Positions 1 through 11,680 of a DNA stretch of 64,000 bases are shown piece by piece. The stretch's first letter is position 1. Each line of letters begins with the position of its first letter. The notes beneath the pieces were generated by a model. The model was not told where the DNA came from and did no database searches. It saw only the letters and a program-made list of their open reading frames with translations. The stretch is from NCBI GenBank assembly GCA_013239625.1, contig MU053629.1, positions 1,515,567 through 1,579,566 on the forward strand, given 5' to 3'. The position numbers and the translations under genes are program-made. Source of the stretch: Lama guanicoe (taxonomy: Eukaryota).

Positions 1-309
1 TAACCCAAACAAAACTTTGTATGAATAAAATACAGGAAAGTACAGGAAAGACACTATCTGAAAGCATTAGGGTAAATAAATAAATTAAATAAGTGCAATC
101 AAAATATTTAGGCTGACAGCAAAAATACTTGGAAACACAAAAATTTACAGTATGGAAATGAGAGATGAAAAAACTCTAATTTGTAAAACATTGTAACAAC
201 CTAATAAGTGATTTGTTCTGTATTGTTTTATTTGAATATAGAAAATATTGTGTCTGAAAAGCATATCAAAAGTCTCTACAGAGTAACAGTAACTGAGCCC
301 AATTCTTAC

Positions 310-333
310 TTGATATTAAGTCAGAGTCTTCTA
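310..333 (-). CDS. HERC1: Candidate HERC1 alternative microexon (24 or 21 nt) in intron 25
   Basis: ttttcttctcatAG|TAG|AAGACTCTGACTTAATATCAA|GTAAGA; phase 1-1, no stop; encodes (V)EDSDLIS. Confidence 0.55.
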
Positions 334-511
334 CTATGAGAAGAAAATATAATTCAACAAGAAATTTGAGATTGTTTACTTGTCCTTACAACTTTGGTTC
401 TTAAATGGAATTTTCAAAATGAACATGGCAGAACTGCAATACATACTTTATAAACCATAAAATATGTAGGCAAGCTAAAAGGGGAAAAAAATTAAACATG
501 CCATCATGTAC

Positions 512-544
512 TTGCTTGAAGCTCTTCTTTTTTCTGGGGCTCAA
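512..544 (-). CDS. HERC1: Candidate HERC1 alternative microexon (33 nt) in intron 25
   Basis: Long pyrimidine tract ending ctcctttttggccAG|, then in-frame VEPQKKEELQA; weak donor CAA|GTACAT; phase 1-1. Confidence 0.35.
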
Positions 545-3500
545 CTGGCCAAAAAGGAGTAAATACACTACCACAACAAGAATCAGAAGACAAAAGGAGA
601 AATTTGATACAGGAGACAACATTCACATTTGCTCTTCTTTATAAATCTAATTTGAAATGCATAGATAAAATAGCACTTCACCCATACAAGTTACCATGAC
701 ACACACATGCTGATAAATGTTCCCAATATTATTTAGCAATAAAACCCTAATATTATATTTAAAGACCTGGGGCAGCGGGAGTTGGGGTAGGGTTAGGGTG
801 GGGGTTAAATCAAACTATAATCTCCTTAAATTTTTGCTTTGGTATTCCCATTTTTCACTGTATCAGCTTCAGCTTAAGCATGAAAACTAAAGTTAAGTAT
901 GTGCAAAAAGGTACTGCCTTTCAGCAAAGGATGAGCTCAGTTCTGCACAACTACAGCAAATTTTTAAAGTATTTATCAAAGTACCAAAATACAACATTTA
1001 GTTTAACAGGTTTTGCCAAGAATTTTGACAATTAAATTTGATGGAAAATTAAATGAGTTAATATTTGAAGTGATTACAACAATAACTGGCATATAGTAAG
1101 CAGTTTATAGTGTTCATAAATTTCATATTGCTTCTGAGGCGCTAAGCAGGAATATGTTTCACCTTCTCTTTTTAAAGTATTATATGACATTTCTGGTCTT
1201 AGAATTTAGCTTTGATGCCTCAAAAGAGCTGAGAGAGTTGGCTGAGCTACAATTATTTGCTCACTTTGCTCTACCATTTCCTACCTTTCTCTACTTTGCT
1301 CTACTCTTTCTTGGACCAAGAGCACAGACCAGTTGTGAAACATTAACTGGAGTGAGGGGAGAAGCAGCAATCATGGTTCAACAGCATGTATCCCAGTATC
1401 CTCAGTGCCAAATACTGAAATTAGAGGCACTACGCTCTCTCCAGGAGGAGTCTCTGGAGGCATAGTAAGGGCAGCTGAAATGCACACAACTATCAGCTGA
1501 TACTGATATATCCATTTAGCCTCAGTAAATGGGACGTAAACACTGTAATGTCTAATTTCTCTTTTAATAATTCTGGACCATTCGGCTAATAGATGAAAAA
1601 GCAATCTAAAGGGGAAAAAATTACATTTCCTTTTCAAAATATTGGAAAGGGGTAAAAAACATATAGAAGAATTCTCCTTGGCTGGACATTTGCCTGTCCT
1701 TCATAGCTCAAGTCAGAATCAGAACACCTGAATGGCTCCTAAAAGTTCTCAGACTTGGTAGTTCATCTGCCCGACTGATGACAGGCATATTATGGCTTAT
1801 GACATATTAATAATAAATAAGGAAAAAACAGGTGGCTTATTTTACCATCATTAAAGAGGAAAACAAAACAAGCAAAAAAACCCCCACTGTGGTTAAAAAG
1901 AAAAAAATCCAGAGGGTAGTCTCTAAATATACATGATGTTTTTAAATTCCTTTCAAAATATAATGTCCCGAATGTATTTTCAATGTTAATTTCTTTTAAA
2001 GAAGGAAATCCATTATAATACAATAAATGAAACTATTAAGTGTACATTTCCATTATTAAATTCACAAGTACTACGATTCATGAGATTGAAAACTATTTTT
2101 GCTGCCTTTCCTAAAACAGTAATTCTACTTTGTAGTCACTTATTACTAGGAACAAAGCTATTAGCAAAGTTTTTCCCCTGGGAACGTTAAAATGTAATGA
2201 TTACTAGAATAAATTAAGTGATAATAAATTTGCGTAACTAGTTTGGCCCCCTATTACAACTTTCTAAATGGGTAATTTAAAAAAAAAATAAACTTTTCTT
2301 GTGAGGTCCTGTATTTGCCCTTCTGTTTCCAACAAAATAAAGTTAAATTCGAAGGTCTTGGTACTACCTTGAGCTTTTGGAGAAGTTGGTTTATCTATAA
2401 ACAAAATTTGGATTAATGGCTTAATTCATTTGTAATTACTTCGCTCTAAAACTATAGGAAATCCACATCTACTTGTAGGGCGACTGTTTAAAATTTGAAC
2501 AGGTAGTAACTCTAGGATAATGATTTTTAAATGTTATATTAATTCCTCCTAAGTAATTTATACTCGAATTCTAGGTTATTCTTAATTCAAACGTAAAGAT
2601 ACCACTTTTTGTTTTATTCCAAAGATTACTTTGCCACATGCTGACATGGTTAACACAGACCAAATCTCAAATTTTTATTTCCATAAGCATGAAAAAGATC
2701 TGAGAGAAAAGAGTAATTTTAGCCAACAGACTATCACTTATAAATAATTAGTGTAGCAGGAAGCTGTTAAACGACAGGTTGGACCCCTTATGCTGCTCAG
2801 TAAGTCTGGAGCCATCTTTTCACTAATATAACATAGAAACTGTAGCAACTACCTTCACCTGAGCTAACCACATTAGGAAGGTTAAACTGTCCCCCAAATT
2901 TAATTTAATTCCTAAGTCAAGTGGTTAAAGAAAAGGACACTCCGGCTAATTATGGCATACGAATTACCAATTTTCAAAAAAAATTAGAAAATAATAAAAT
3001 ACATACTGCACACTGTACTAAACATCATTTAATTTCTTTGCTATCAGAAATACCTTATCATTTTTTTAAAAGCCGAACAGCCTTAATATGTTGTAGTCTT
3101 CAAAGATTTTTCAATAAAGAAAGCACCAGCTCTAGTTCTTACAATTCTTAATAGTTCAGAAAAATCATTCTCCACATTTTAATTGTAAGTGAAGAATAAA
3201 GTATTACCATATTTTACTCTACAGAAGAATCAACTTTTCTTGCTCTAAGTTATAAACACAAAAATGAAAAAATTACGTGCACATTGCTTCCTCTCATTCC
3301 TCAGTTTTACCTCATTTCTCACTTTTTTTTTTTCCCTGTAGGGAAAACTAACATCCTGCTGAGGAAGCTATCAAGAGAAAGGTTTAATTCTGAAATATAA
3401 AAGACTTAGTATCATGGGAAAAAAGGTTTTGCCACAGGCTTTTAGGAAACTGCCACTAGCGGAGATTTTTAACATTTCACATTTTCACAACCACAGAATA

Positions 3501-4155
3501 AATGGGTTTAATAAAAGTGTCAATTAACAGAGAATAATAAGAGTTTTTACTTTGGACTTATATTATCGAAAACTGCTGTTCCTTCCATCTATCTGTACAT
3601 AAAACCAAGAGTTAACTACATTATTCACTAAGATACAGCTTTTAACAAATGAGCTTAACTCTTGATGACACTAAAATTATTTCTCATGGGAATTTTTTTT
3701 TTTAAAGAAATCATCTGTCGATCTCTTACATGCTTTATCCTGAAAGCAAAGGGGAAAAAAAGTAGAAACTTACAGGTTTAAAGCGTATGTGTGAGTATGG
3801 AAGGTGACTGGGGTAAAGAGCTCTCCCTGTAACACCATTTAAATCACAGCAACTATACCAGTGAGCTAAAACATGGCCATTATGCCCATAAGCCCCCACA
3901 GTGTAAAGTTTCTGGAGTTCCACAAGACTTTTAAAAAGCCAAAACACATGACAAATGAGAAACAGAACTATTAACTCCTAGACATTCCAAGATTTTTCAA
4001 AAGGGTGTATATCTTAAACAAAATGATCTTCCTTTTAACTTTTCTGATCAAGTGTTTCTAAATTTTTTTTGCAGTAATATTTCAATGACAGTCAGATCTA
4101 AATACATCAGATATAAACAGTTAATGTAACCCAATATTTAATATTTGATACATAC

Positions 4156-4207
4156 CTCTCTTTCTATGAGATGATGCCAAATCCAAATCAACATTTCGCC
4201 TTCCACT
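4156..4207 (-). CDS. HERC1: HERC1 exon 25 (52 nt; the gene continues beyond position 1)
   Basis: SGRRNVDLDLASSHRKR+G; aacAG| acceptor, G|GTATGT donor; continues the frame from exon 24 and ends in phase 1. Confidence 0.93.
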
Positions 4208-6552
4208 CTGTTAAGTTAAAAATAAATAATAAAATTTAATTGTGAAAATTATGTACTTATTTACCAGTCAGGTCAGGCTAAGAACAAAAAGTCTCTAAAA
4301 ACCCACTAAAAACAGCTATAAGAAAACTTAGGCATGTGACTATGAGACACTAAAAGACAAAGTCAACTTTCACATTAATTAACCTTGTAAAATAGCAATA
4401 GATTTTCTTCTTTGGGATCTTTATCCTTCATGTTCCAAACACAGTATGATCTCTTATTAATCTCCTCTAGATGTCTAAAGTCCCTGTAGCAAAGTTTCAT
4501 TTTCCAAAATTACTATCTGCTCTCTACCTTGTTTCCCATTCTTTTCAAAATTCCCATTAGCCTTGGCCAGGTGTTTCGAAGAGAATCTGAGGGGTCCACA
4601 CTAACAGAAAAATAACACAGTCCTAAGCCTTCTGGTAGTATTTTTAAATATTTTAAAATGTTGTTTAAAAACTTGCTAAAATAAAGAAATCTCAAATGGT
4701 GAAATTGCAGACAGCTAATAAAACAGTGAAGGCTTTTAGGAAGAAAGAAAGTACATTTTTCTGTGTGTGTGTGTGTGTTATGCGGAGGCACTGCCGACAA
4801 CTGTCTACCCTCTCATGCGTGCAGCCAACCATATGCAAACCATATGACAAACTTATACACAGACTTGACATTATGGTCTTTGACATTTCAGCTATACTCT
4901 ACCACACAATTTAAAAAGGCGGTGGCAAAGAAGAAAGGCTGCAGAAGTGACAAACAGATCCATTTAGGAAATGTCATTCAGAAAATCTTCCTGGTAACAC
5001 ATATTGACAATCATGGATAAACACATTTTATCTCACAGACACACACACACACACACAGAAATAAGTATGTTCTCAGGCCATTTGTTGCTAGACAAAACAC
5101 CAAATAGTTGTCACAGCAGTTACTGAAGACGTCACCATGTCATGCACTGTACATTTTTATCACACAGTACGTTTGCCATGAGGGCCCATGGAAGAAATTT
5201 CTCTCAGGCCTCAGAATCAGAAATATCAGTTTCTCTTGAAAACTTGGTCTTTTTTTTATCTTTTAGACACTATGAACCATGTAACTCACGTGTTTCCTAT
5301 TCGGTGGACCATCTCTAGTGGAACATCACAGGGTAAGTGCAGAGGTGTGCAAAGCTTACTAAGGACTTTACTTTCCTCTCTCAACTTCTTTTAGCTGTAA
5401 TTCATTCACCTAATTTATACTTTTATAAGTAGTATTAATTTTTTCTATGCTAAATCAAATTCTTTCTGAAAGACAGGAGTATGGAAATGAGGGAGGTGCA
5501 TTAGGAGATAGTGTAGCAAGAAATGCTGATAAGTGACAACTGTTTATTAAACAGTTAAACTTGGGTTTCACTGTGTAACTGTTTACTGAGGTTTCTCTGT
5601 TTACTAAGACAGTAAAGTAGATAATAAATCACATAATACTCTTTACGAAAGAAGGTTAAGACACAGATTTAGCATTAAACTGGTTGACTTCAGTTATTTT
5701 AAGAACACTTCATTCACTAATAATTCAGGATTACTAGATATCTGAGATATGAGTGGTAATCCTAAATAACCTCAGGCAAAAGGGTAACATATTTCAGATG
5801 GAAAAACCCAACCGCCCCCACTGCTTGCTCCTCTTCCTCTGTTACCAGGCTCGCTGAAGCTGAAGGCTTAAGCCCAGGTTACCATCATCTACAATGGAAT
5901 CTGCTCTCTCTAGTTCTTGAATTTTCCACCTTTTATGACACTATCTTTCCAAATATTTCATAAGGAAAGATGATCAAGAATCTTATCTTCTTCAAAAATG
6001 TGCTTATTAACCATTGAAAAGTTCTACAGAAACTAAACTTCGCAATTAAATCAAGTTCAACCCACCTCCATTTATCTGTCTTCCCATTATGTTTTGAAAA
6101 CATCGCTTTCAACATGTTTTAAACTGTATCACCAAACTTGTTCTTCACAACAACCCAGTGAGGCAAGTATAAGAGGTAATGTCATTCCTCATTTCAAAGA
6201 TAAAGAATCTGGGGCTCAGGAAGATTAAGTGCCTTGTCCCAGGTCAAAATCAAGAGAGTCTATAGTGACTGACTCAGATTTCATTGTTTGTTTCCAAAAA
6301 CTACGCCACTTTAATACATTTATCTTCATCTTTTATCTTTTCATTTCAGTTGAAATGAATTATCAATCACTTACAATACACAAAGCACAATGTAGGAGAT
6401 ACAAGGGGCATTAAAAAAAAATTCCCTAGACATCCTAAGAGGTCTACTGGAAAGAAATACTAATAATACATAAATAAGTCCAACATGAGACAAACCATTA
6501 GTGGTTTATTAAAGGTACTAACAAACTGCCACGGAAATAAGAGTCACTGTCA

Positions 6553-7043
6553 TGTGAAAGAAAAATACTGCCTGCCATATCAGTAAACAAAGGACGCTGC
6601 AGCCATCAAGTCATTAGCCACTATCACTGCCCCAATAGTGAGCCGGAGGGAACTCAGGATGGAGACAAGCAGCAGCACCCCTAACAGTGCACCCTGAGGG
6701 AACTGAGGATGGGCAAAAACAGGGTACAGGGCATAGACAGGTAGGTGCATGCCAAAGGCATGGCATCAAGGAGCCCAGACTTTTGTGTCTTACCATACAC
6801 AGAAAAGCGCTAAACTCCTTAAATTGAGATGTCTGGTTTTCTTTAATTAACAGTAATCCTTTGATGTTCCAACTACCTGGTCTTTGTTGCAGAAACTCCT
6901 GTATATCCTGGTTTCTCCCCTGCCTCTTCAGGAAAGTCTCTCAAGCTATCTGAGAGGCTGTATCTCAGGCTGAAATCTTCAGAAATGTCCACTGAATAAA
7001 ATAAAGCTCTCAACGTTTAGGTTGTGCAATTTTTAAGTTTGCG
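6553..7043 (+). mobile_element. ERV1-class solo LTR (~490 bp)
   Basis: Starts TGTG, ends ...TTTGCG (CA degraded); 4-bp target duplication GTCA (6549-6552 and 7044-7047); AATAAA at 6995; internal gagggaact(c/g)aggatgg repeat. Confidence 0.75.
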
Positions 7044-7536
7044 GTCAGTAATCTTAGGAAAGTTTTCGGATGAGTTGACATTTTAACCAGTCCTTAAGAG
7101 AGAGGCAGAACTTCAACAACAAAACCCAGAAGATGGACATTTAAGGCAAATGATGCTTGAGCAGAGGCTCAACAGATACGTTTGGGGTCTGGCAGACGGA
7201 CTACTATGGCAAAAATGCAGACTACCGCAGGGGAAAACTTCAAAAGCAGGCAGGCAATGTTTTCCAGAATCTGATTTCTAGGTAGGCAGTGCAGAGACAC
7301 TGGGTTTTTTTCAAGTGGGAAGGTGGCATGACTAGCAGGTGTTCTGGTGTTGTTCTTGTTGTTTGTGTTTTTAAGAGCTCTAGCTCTGGGAGCAGCGCTG
7401 AAGGAGAAAGACTGGAAAAAGGAGGGAGATCAATTTGAAAACTACCAGTCCAGGCAAAGGTATCAAGGGTCTGAATTAAACAGTAGAAAGAATGAACAGG
7501 CACAGAAATTTTACCAAAATAGATCAGACAGACACT

Positions 7537-8100
7537 CATTTGTTACAAAAAAAAAATTAATGGCTGCCTACTGTGTGCCATGCACTGTAGGTGCTTGGGA
7601 TACAACAGCGGCTGAAACAGTAAAAAATTTCTGTGGGGAGCTTATATTCTGGTGTAGGTTAACAGAAACTGATAAATATAGTAAATAAATAATGTTATGT
7701 GCTGTGGGGGAAAAAAAGCGCAGAGCAAGGCAAGGTGGAGAGGGAGTGAATACCTGAAAAGGAGGGCAAACTGCAATTTTAAATGGAGTGGTCAGGGTAG
7801 GAGTCACTGAAAAAGTAACATCAAGACCTGCAATGAGAGAATTTGCCCCCGACAATAGTATCCCACTCAGAAGAAACAGCCACGTAAAGGCCCCATGGGG
7901 AAGCTGTGTGGTATGTTCATGGAAAAGGCAAGAGGTCACTGTGGCAGAAGGAGAGTAGCAGCAGGGAGATCAGAGAGGAGTGAGACCGGGACCCATGCAG
8001 TCCTATGGGCCCTGGAAAGACTGAGGCTTCTACTTTGAGGGAGAGTACAGTCATTGGCAGTTTTGAGTAGAGAACCGACATAATCTGCTGTAAAATTATC
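7537..8100 (-). mobile_element. L2 LINE fragment
   Basis: gcctactgtgtgccatgcactg...ggagcttatattctggtg is the reverse complement of the L2 3' end; boundaries approximate. Confidence 0.7.
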
Positions 8101-8819
8101 AAAGGGTTGGGAGACTGGGTAATGAGACTGACCAACTTGGAAAAATAAATGGACAGAGAGGAATCTCGGTAGACTACAAGACTGGGAACGTGAACTGTGA
8201 GCAAAGAGATACTAGTGGGAATGAAGAATGAAAGGAGGAAGAACAAACAAAAACATACAATGAAACTTGCTTGAAAACACTGTTCTACTTTCCTTAGAGG
8301 AGGAATCTTTCATGCTTAGAAACTTCTTTTAAACAATAGCTTTACGTTTATGTAGCACTTTACACTCTCAAAAATATTTTCACGTCCATTTTCTCAATTC
8401 ACACGAGAGGAATTTCAGAGCTAAAAATGGATCTTATCGATCATTCAGTCCACAAAGACCTGAGTTTCTGTTTGAGCTGTCATGTGACATGACCAAAGTC
8501 TCAAAGCTCTTCAGCAGCAGAAGCCAAGCCTAACACATTACCACAGGCACAACATTCCTCATATCACACCATGGGACACTAAGGCCAAGGGAGGTCAAGT
8601 AGCACATACAGATTCACACATAAGGCAGAGGAACAGGCAAAATGAAAAGTCAGCTATCAATTCCAAGTCCAAAGCTATTCGCATAGAAGCAGTCTCTTGG
8701 ACAGTTTCCATTTTATAACTTATTTTACCCATCACACTATAGCACTCCTTACTTCCTACTTATATAAATCAGCATCTCATTTATTTGACTTTTACCTTAA
8801 ATGCCTGCAGTCCAAGTCC

Positions 8820-9360
8820 TGAGGCTTTTTTGATAGGTAACTGAGAGTTACTGAAAGATTTTAAATAAAGGAGATATAAACAGATTTGTATTTTCGATAT
8901 ATTATTCTAGTGAAATGCTGAAGGTAGGCACAAGACAGATGGGGCAACCAGTCTGGAGGCTTCTGTACTAGACCAGGCAAAAGAAAAGGAAAGTTTGAAA
9001 CAGAGCAATGGCAGGAGGGATGGAGAGGACATATGAGAAAGATATTAAGAGCAAAATTTTTAAGATTTGACTAATTGGACTGTGGGGAGTGAGGTTTCAG
9101 GGACCAGGAATTAAGAAAAAGTAGTTAAGGACAAACCCAGGTTTCCAGCTGGGTAGTTAATAGTAGCACTTACTAAGATAGGGAATATGAGGAAAGAGGT
9201 TTGGGAGAAAGATGAGTTTATTTTTGGATAGGTTAAGATGGTGGTCACCTGACACGTTCAGGCAGAATGTTCATCAAGGAGTCAGATAGATGAATTTGGA
9301 GTCTAGGAAGAAATCAGAGCTAAAGATAGAAATCTGAGAGTCATTAACATACAAATGATA
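8820..9360 (-). mobile_element. L2 LINE fragment
   Basis: Purine-rich degraded L2 body (cccaggtttccagctggg, gatgagtttattttggata); approximate. Confidence 0.6.
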
Positions 9361-9496
9361 AATGTCTATGCAACAGAGTTACCTCATTTTAAAAAAATTT
9401 TTGTATGTCTAAAACAAATGTGCATTACTTACTCTAATCAAAGCCTTATATATCTATAAAAAAAAATACTTCTTTACTGAATCTAGGTATACCTAC

Positions 9497-9617
9497 CAGT
9501 GCGTAACCCTCTTCATCTGATTCAGGCTGAGACAAATCAGATTCACTCCTCGATTTGATCAGTCTATAATTTGGACTTGCGTGGACTAGCCGGCTCTCTG
9601 CAGTAAGACTTTCACTC
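9497..9617 (-). CDS. HERC1: HERC1 exon 24
   Basis: RSESLTAESRLVHASPNYRLIKSRSESDLSQPESDEEGYAL; CTG|GTAGGT donor; 121 nt. Confidence 0.95.
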
Positions 9618-10064
9618 CTGTCTCACATGCACAAAGAAAAGTTTTTCGATTTGGGACTGTTAGTGAACATAAAATTGAATGGAACTAGCAGCAGAGATAA
9701 AACACACAGTAAGGAGTAATTATGTTTGTTGATGGAAAATCCTGACTCTTAGGTCTAAGCACAAAGCCCTTATCGATTACATCAGAAAAACTTCCATGCC
9801 ACTAAATCATAGAGATATGCAAATAACTTCATATGTTTCTCAGCTACTGTTGTTTATATGTATGAAAAATTGTGCCTACTCATTAAATCAGAAATTTATA
9901 TTCCAGACTGAATTAGTATCACTCTTCACATTACTTTAAATTCATCCATGTCAATTTATATTTCCTCCTCCATGTCTGTTAATTTCAGAATACTATAATT
10001 TTGAGAATTAACCATTTCAATGCATAGGAGGAGAGAAGTGTTTTAAGACTCTAGTCAGTCCCAC

Positions 10065-10377
10065 CTGGTCATAAGTGCACCTCCTTCAGAGGCACTTGTG
10101 GAAGGCTGCTGCAACTGTCCTTCTTCCCTTCGCCTCTGAAGCTCATCGATCACAGGACTTACTCCTAATATTAACAGGGCACATCGATGGATCACGGAGT
10201 TGCAGGCAGCAGTGTACACATCCTGACCCTCGGGAAGGTCTGTGCTGACCCTTCGCTCTTGCTGAGACTGAGGAGGTTGATCGTCAGCTCGAGCCCCAGA
10301 CCCTGCCCCACTGTTCATTCTATCTCGATCTCGGCTACGAGCTACTTCACGGGCTGAGAGGAAACACTGAAAGATTT
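10065..10377 (-). CDS. HERC1: HERC1 exon 23
   Basis: KIFQCFLSAREVARSRDRDRMNSGAGSG...STSASEGGALMT; AG|GTGGGA donor; 313 nt. Confidence 0.96.
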
Positions 10378-10653
10378 CTGTAACATGCAACACAAAAACA
10401 AGGTCTTAACACATGGGGAGAGAAGAGCACAAGAAAATAACAATAAAAATAGTCAAAAAGTTTGGACCAAAAACTTATCGAAAGAGGGAAAAATTACTTT
10501 TTAGGCATTAAATACAGCGTAGTAACTAAATTCAAATTATATAAAGAATACATGTATATTACTAAACTTCTCATAAAAATTACAATAGGAAATACTCATA
10601 CCTTTATAGAATTTAGATTTGGTTAATTCTATTTGTACTTTTATAAGTTAAAT

Positions 10654-10839
10654 CAGTGGTTTTCTAAGTGTGGTCCCAGAATAGCAGCACCAACATTATC
10701 TGGGCGCTTGTTAGAAATGAAAATTGTTGGGCCCACCCTAGACCTTCTGAATCAGAAGCTCTAGGCTTGGAGGTAGCAATCTGTGTTGGAGCCAGTCCTC
10801 CAGCTGTTTATGAAGGCCGCTGAAGTTTGAGAAGCACTG
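10654..10839 (+). mobile_element. MER5A (hAT-Charlie MITE)
   Basis: CAGTGGTT...GAAGCACTG termini, typical internal cttgttagaaatg and ctgaatcagaa; 8-bp target duplication agttaaat/ggttaaat. Confidence 0.88.
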
Positions 10840-11399
10840 GGTTAAATAAAAATAACTAGGCACCTATTTCTGAAATGTTCATGACCTTGGTTTGAAAACT
10901 GTCAGTTTCAAAATAAACAGACAAAATTTAAGTTGTATTAGTTATAATGAAAAGTCCCCTTTCCCTTCCAAAGTCCATATAATCCCTAACACTTTCACTT
11001 TGTGGTATTCTGAACACATTAAATAAGCACAACCATTAAAAGTCTTCGCTGGCACACAATCTGGTTATAATATATGGTCAAGATTGCCTCCAGAGTCAAA
11101 TGGCATCACCAGGAATGTCCATCCAATGCCAGCCCTTCCCAGTTCACAAGTCAGTGGGTTTAACAAGGTTCTGATGCAGGGGTAGCTATTTCACAATGTG
11201 AAAATAATTTTTTGCTCAAATTTGGAGTGAAGATGGTATTCTTAATGGGAACTCAGGCAAATAAATTAGTAAAATACTAGATTCATCTGTCAATATGGAA
11301 GAATAATCTTTAAGAAAGGATGTGTATACTTCAAACTATTATTATTACAATACACTCATTTTGTTGTTGAAAGATCCTTACTTCTATGAAAAATCAAAG

Positions 11400-11680
11400 C
11401 AACAAACTCAGAGTCCAGAGCTGGAAATCAGTTAAAATAATCAAGAGAATGACTACTGGAATTTGGGGCAGACCTGGTTCTAATTCCAGCTGCTACTAAC
11501 TCTGGCCCTAGGCACAGGAATTAAGGAAGTTTGTCTCCTTAAACCTCAGTTTGTTTACCTTTAGAATAGGGTAATACTAAAATCATCTCATAAGACTGAG
11601 AGGATTATGAGTTAATCTATATAAAGCATTTGATCCAGTGCTCAGCATAAAAAACGGTACTCAAAAGTGGTAACTAGTTT
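11400..11680 (+). mobile_element. MIR SINE
   Basis: gacctggttctaattccagctgctactaac...aaacctcagtttgtttacct...gaggattatgagttaat core; approximate. Confidence 0.7.

Noticed and set aside
788..798. Interstitial telomeric repeat
   Set aside because: Only about two units (TAGGGTTAGGG); too short. Kept only as part of the G4 motif.
1154..1465. 103-aa plus-strand ORF as an antisense gene
   Set aside because: No recognisable protein similarity, low-complexity F/L composition and no promoter evidence.
7240..8246. Cluster of 99-123 aa ORFs
   Set aside because: They overlap degraded L2 or unique intronic sequence, with no coherent protein or splice structure.
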